Assembly: GCA_020347085.1 (NCBI GenBank)
Contig: CP070769.1
Span: forward strand, 2,290,595-2,318,376
Length of the DNA: 27,782 nucleotides
From: Desulfobacterales bacterium
GTDB taxonomy: Bacteria; Desulfobacterota; Desulfobacteria; Desulfobacterales; C00003060
Reading direction: 5' to 3'
Numbering within the stretch: the first letter of the stretch is position 1; each line of letters opens with the position of its first letter. A model generated the notes under the pieces. It saw nothing but the letters and a program-made list of their open reading frames with translations. It had not been told where the DNA came from and made no database searches. Positions 25,550 through 27,782 of the stretch are shown one piece after another. The position numbers and the translations under genes were made by a program.

Positions 25550-25780
25550 GTGTCAGTTGAAGAAAAGGTAAAAAACATCATTGTTGAAAAGCTGAGCGTT
25601 GAACCGGATGAGGTCGTAATGGAGGCATCTTTTGTGGATGACCTCGGTGCCGACTCACTCGATCTCGTTGAACTAATCATGGCCATGGAAGAGGCATTTG
25701 ACATGGAGATCTCTGATGATCAGGCTGAAAAACTTCAAACGGTTCAAGATGCCATCAATTATATAAAAAAACATGCTTAA
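25550..25780 (+). CDS. acpP: Acyl carrier protein
   Basis: [18 protein letters not shown] (phosphopantetheine Ser), GTG start, SD AAGGAGG. Confidence 0.97.
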   Translation: MSVEEKVKNIIVEKLSVEPDEVVMEASFVDDLGADSLDLVELIMAMEEAFDMEISDDQAEKLQTVQDAINYIKKHA

Positions 25781-25797
25781 GAAGGGCAGTCAGGCGT

Positions 25798-25835
25798 GTT
25801 CGGTTCGGGAGGCTCAAACGGCTTCCCGAACGAAC
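25798..25835 (+). terminator. Hairpin after acpP (terminator or stabilising stem)
   Basis: GTTCG-G-TTCGGGAGGC / GCTTCCCGAA-CGAAC, ~15 bp with one bulge, no U-tract. Confidence 0.4.
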
Positions 25836-25930
25836 CAATCCATGAATTGCCTGTGATAGAGATTCTCACAAAATGAGTTTCCAAATAAACCATCCTTATC
25901 TAACTATAGAATGATGAAGGTCGTTTGAAG

Positions 25931-26362
25931 ATGAAGGTGATTATCGGGTCTGATCATGCAGGTTATCAAATGAAGGAGAAGGTGATTGCCCATCTCCGCC
26001 AGCGGGGCGTTGAGGTCGAAGACGTCGGGACTCACGGTGAAGAATCTGTGGATTACACAGACTTTGGGAAAAAAGTGGCCAGCAAAGTCTCAGATGCTTC
26101 TTTTGATCGCGGGATTTTGATCTGCGGCACTGGGCTTGGCATGTCGATGGTTGCCAATCGCTTTCGCGGTGTGCGCGCTGCCCGGGCTAACGATCTTTTT
26201 TCGGCCATCATGAGCAGGCGCCACAATGACTCCAATATATTGGCCATGGGCGGGCGACTGATCGGAGACACGCTGGCTTTGCAGTTAGTAGATACGTGGC
26301 TCGATACCCCTTTTGAAGGGGGACGCCACCAACGCCGTCTTGAAAAGATGGACACTGAGTAA
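25931..26362 (+). CDS. rpiB: Ribose-5-phosphate isomerase B
   Basis: IGSDHAG, SVDY, GILICGTGLGMSM-ANRF-GVRAA, RHNDSNIL, FEGGRHQRR. Confidence 0.96.
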   Translation: MKVIIGSDHAGYQMKEKVIAHLRQRGVEVEDVGTHGEESVDYTDFGKKVASKVSDASFDRGILICGTGLGMSMVANRFRGVRAARANDLFSAIMSRRHNDSNILAMGGRLIGDTLALQLVDTWLDTPFEGGRHQRRLEKMDTE

Positions 26363-26534
26363 CAGCGTGGGGTTCAGTGGAAGGTCGAGATCGCAAGAGA
26401 GGAATTGGAGCGATTTAACAAAAGGCCACGGGATTGGAGTTTAAGCGACCTAGATTCCTGTTGAATGCGCTGGGACAGATAAGCCGATTTTTTGAGACGT
26501 TCTCATTATGTGTAATGAAGTATGAGTCCTTCGT

Positions 26535-26984
26535 ATGAGCCGTCCTTCCTGGAAAGAGTATTTTATGGATATTGCCTTGCTGGTGGCAAAGCGCTCTACG
26601 TGCCGCCGCCGCCGGGTTGGAGCTATTACCGTAAGAGACAAACGAATTCTTGCAACCGGCTATAACGGGGCCCCTACGGGGTTGCCTCATTGTCTCGATA
26701 TCGGATGCCTACGTGAGGAGCTGGAGGTGCCTTCTGGTGAGCGACATGAACTATGCCGAGGACTTCATGCCGAACAAAACGTCATCATTCAAGCTGCGTA
26801 CCACGGAGTTTCCATTAAAGGAGCTACGCTCTATTGCACCAACCTCCCTTGTTCCATCTGTTCCAAAATGCTTATCAATGCAGGTATCCGTGACATCATA
26901 TATCAGGAGGGTTATGCAGACCATATGACAGAGGAAATGCTGAGGGCTGCACGGGTGAAACTTGTGCAGATCGATGGAGGGTGA
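26535..26984 (+). CDS. Deoxycytidylate deaminase (ComEB-like Zn deaminase)
   Basis: [26 protein letters not shown] Zn motifs. Confidence 0.93.
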   Translation: MSRPSWKEYFMDIALLVAKRSTCRRRRVGAITVRDKRILATGYNGAPTGLPHCLDIGCLREELEVPSGERHELCRGLHAEQNVIIQAAYHGVSIKGATLYCTNLPCSICSKMLINAGIRDIIYQEGYADHMTEEMLRAARVKLVQIDGG

Positions 26985-27156
26985 GCGAAAGAATCGTGAG
27001 TCGAAAATCGTAAACCGGGTGCCCGACGTTCTTTAGCCCTCGACCGTTTCACGCTCATATCGAGATAGCCACAAGAGATGAGGTATCCGGCCAAGATGAC
27101 GATTATCCGACAACGAGTAACCGCTCCTCAACGACGAACACCAGGAGGCCAAGCAT

Positions 27157-27642
27157 ATGAAATGCCCATATTGCCGTGAGCTAGAAAACAAGGTGATCGA
27201 TTCGAGGATGACTAAGGAGGGTAACGCCGTCAGGCGTCGCCGTGAATGCATAGCCTGTAATCACCGATTCACCACCTATGAACGGGTTGAGGAATTGCCG
27301 CTCGTTCTGATCAAGAAGGATGGGAGGCGCGAGACCTTTGATCGGACTAAAGTCCTTGTAGGAATGCAGAAGGCCTGTGAAAAGCGAAACATCAGCATAA
27401 ACACGCTCGAAGCGTTTGTGGATGAACTTGAGCGGGAACTCCAGGAGATGGGAGAAAAGGAGATTCCTGCCGCTGAAGTAGGCAGTCGCGTCATGACGAA
27501 ACTCCATGAGTTAGACGATGTCGCCTATGTCCGGTTTGCTTCAGTGTACCGAGAGTTCAAAGACATCAACGACTTTATGTCCGAACTGAAAGATCTGCTT
27601 GATGCTCCCAAGAAAAGAACGGAATTGCCCGTAGACAAGTAA
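27157..27642 (+). CDS. nrdR: Transcriptional repressor NrdR
   Basis: [29 protein letters not shown]-cone (KKDGRRE-FDR-K), [13 protein letters not shown]. Confidence 0.97.
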   Translation: MKCPYCRELENKVIDSRMTKEGNAVRRRRECIACNHRFTTYERVEELPLVLIKKDGRRETFDRTKVLVGMQKACEKRNISINTLEAFVDELERELQEMGEKEIPAAEVGSRVMTKLHELDDVAYVRFASVYREFKDINDFMSELKDLLDAPKKRTELPVDK

Positions 27643-27671
27643 AAGGCAACCGTTCAAGGTCTTTGATAATC

Positions 27672-27782
27672 GTGGACGAAACCTACATGAGAATGGCCCT
27701 TGAGTTGGCTGAACAGGGTCGTGGTTGGACGTCCCCTAACCCTATGGTGGGTGCAGTCATTGTTAAGGGCAGCCAGGTTGTG
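27672..27782 (+). CDS. ribD: Riboflavin biosynthesis protein RibD, 5' fragment (runs off the window)
   Basis: GTG start; MDETYMRMALELAEQGRGWTSPNPMVGAVIVK; follows nrdR as usual. Confidence 0.92.
   Translation, partial: MDETYMRMALELAEQGRGWTSPNPMVGAVIVKGSQVV

Noticed and set aside
26363-26534. glyA remnant (frame reading VEIAREELERF) in the rpiB-deaminase gap
   Set aside because: Only a vague likeness to the GlyA N-terminus, with no start codon and no LIASEN motif.
5811-27642. Many antisense or alternate-frame ORFs in the track (e.g. 8145-8672, 8983-9435, 20416-20847, 20965-21492, 24812-25267)
   Set aside because: They are shadows of well-supported genes, with no SD or recognisable motifs.
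1-27782. CRISPR array, tRNA, rRNA, transposase or integrase genes
   Set aside because: No regularly spaced repeat-spacer units, cloverleaf or T-loop signatures, or DDE/HUH/tyrosine-recombinase ORFs were seen. The hairpin repeats are dispersed, not arrayed.

Overview
Most likely a Desulfobacterota (deltaproteobacterial) chromosome segment, inferred from the rpmF...fabG-acpP...rpiB...dCMP deaminase-nrdR-ribD order, sigma54 promoters and standalone PilZ proteins. Five blocks: (1) 1-5.7 kb, an accessory region of low coding density with a PilZ gene, Cys-rich microprotein genes, duplicated non-coding blocks, two MITEs, an unrecognised ORF and an orphan response regulator; (2) 5.8-14.9 kb, a minus-strand cluster: Ggs-like and GpgS-like glucosylglycerate synthases, glgA, glgB, class II glycerate kinase and pyk; (3) 15.3-19.3 kb, mscS, a second PilZ gene, a third (frameshifted) Cys-rich paralog and a small membrane protein, with two good sigma54 sites; (4) 19.4-23.8 kb, amrB (MEMO1 family), a MITE inserted in its stop codon, gltX and glnS; (5) 24.3 kb to end, rpmF-fabG-acpP-rpiB-dCMP deaminase-nrdR-ribD(partial), lacking plsX, fabH, fabD, fabF and glyA. 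Most notable: a ~61-nt hairpin element with compensatory changes (four full and two partial copies, all + strand, resembling an IS200/IS605 right end); a three-member Cys-rich microprotein family, two of whose members share a ~200-nt leader with a long hairpin; two adjacent ORFs that appear to start at ACG; and a dual glucosylglycerate/glycogen/glycerate-salvage cluster beside MscS. No rRNA, tRNA, CRISPR array or transposase gene was seen. All family assignments are from motif recognition by eye, without database searches.
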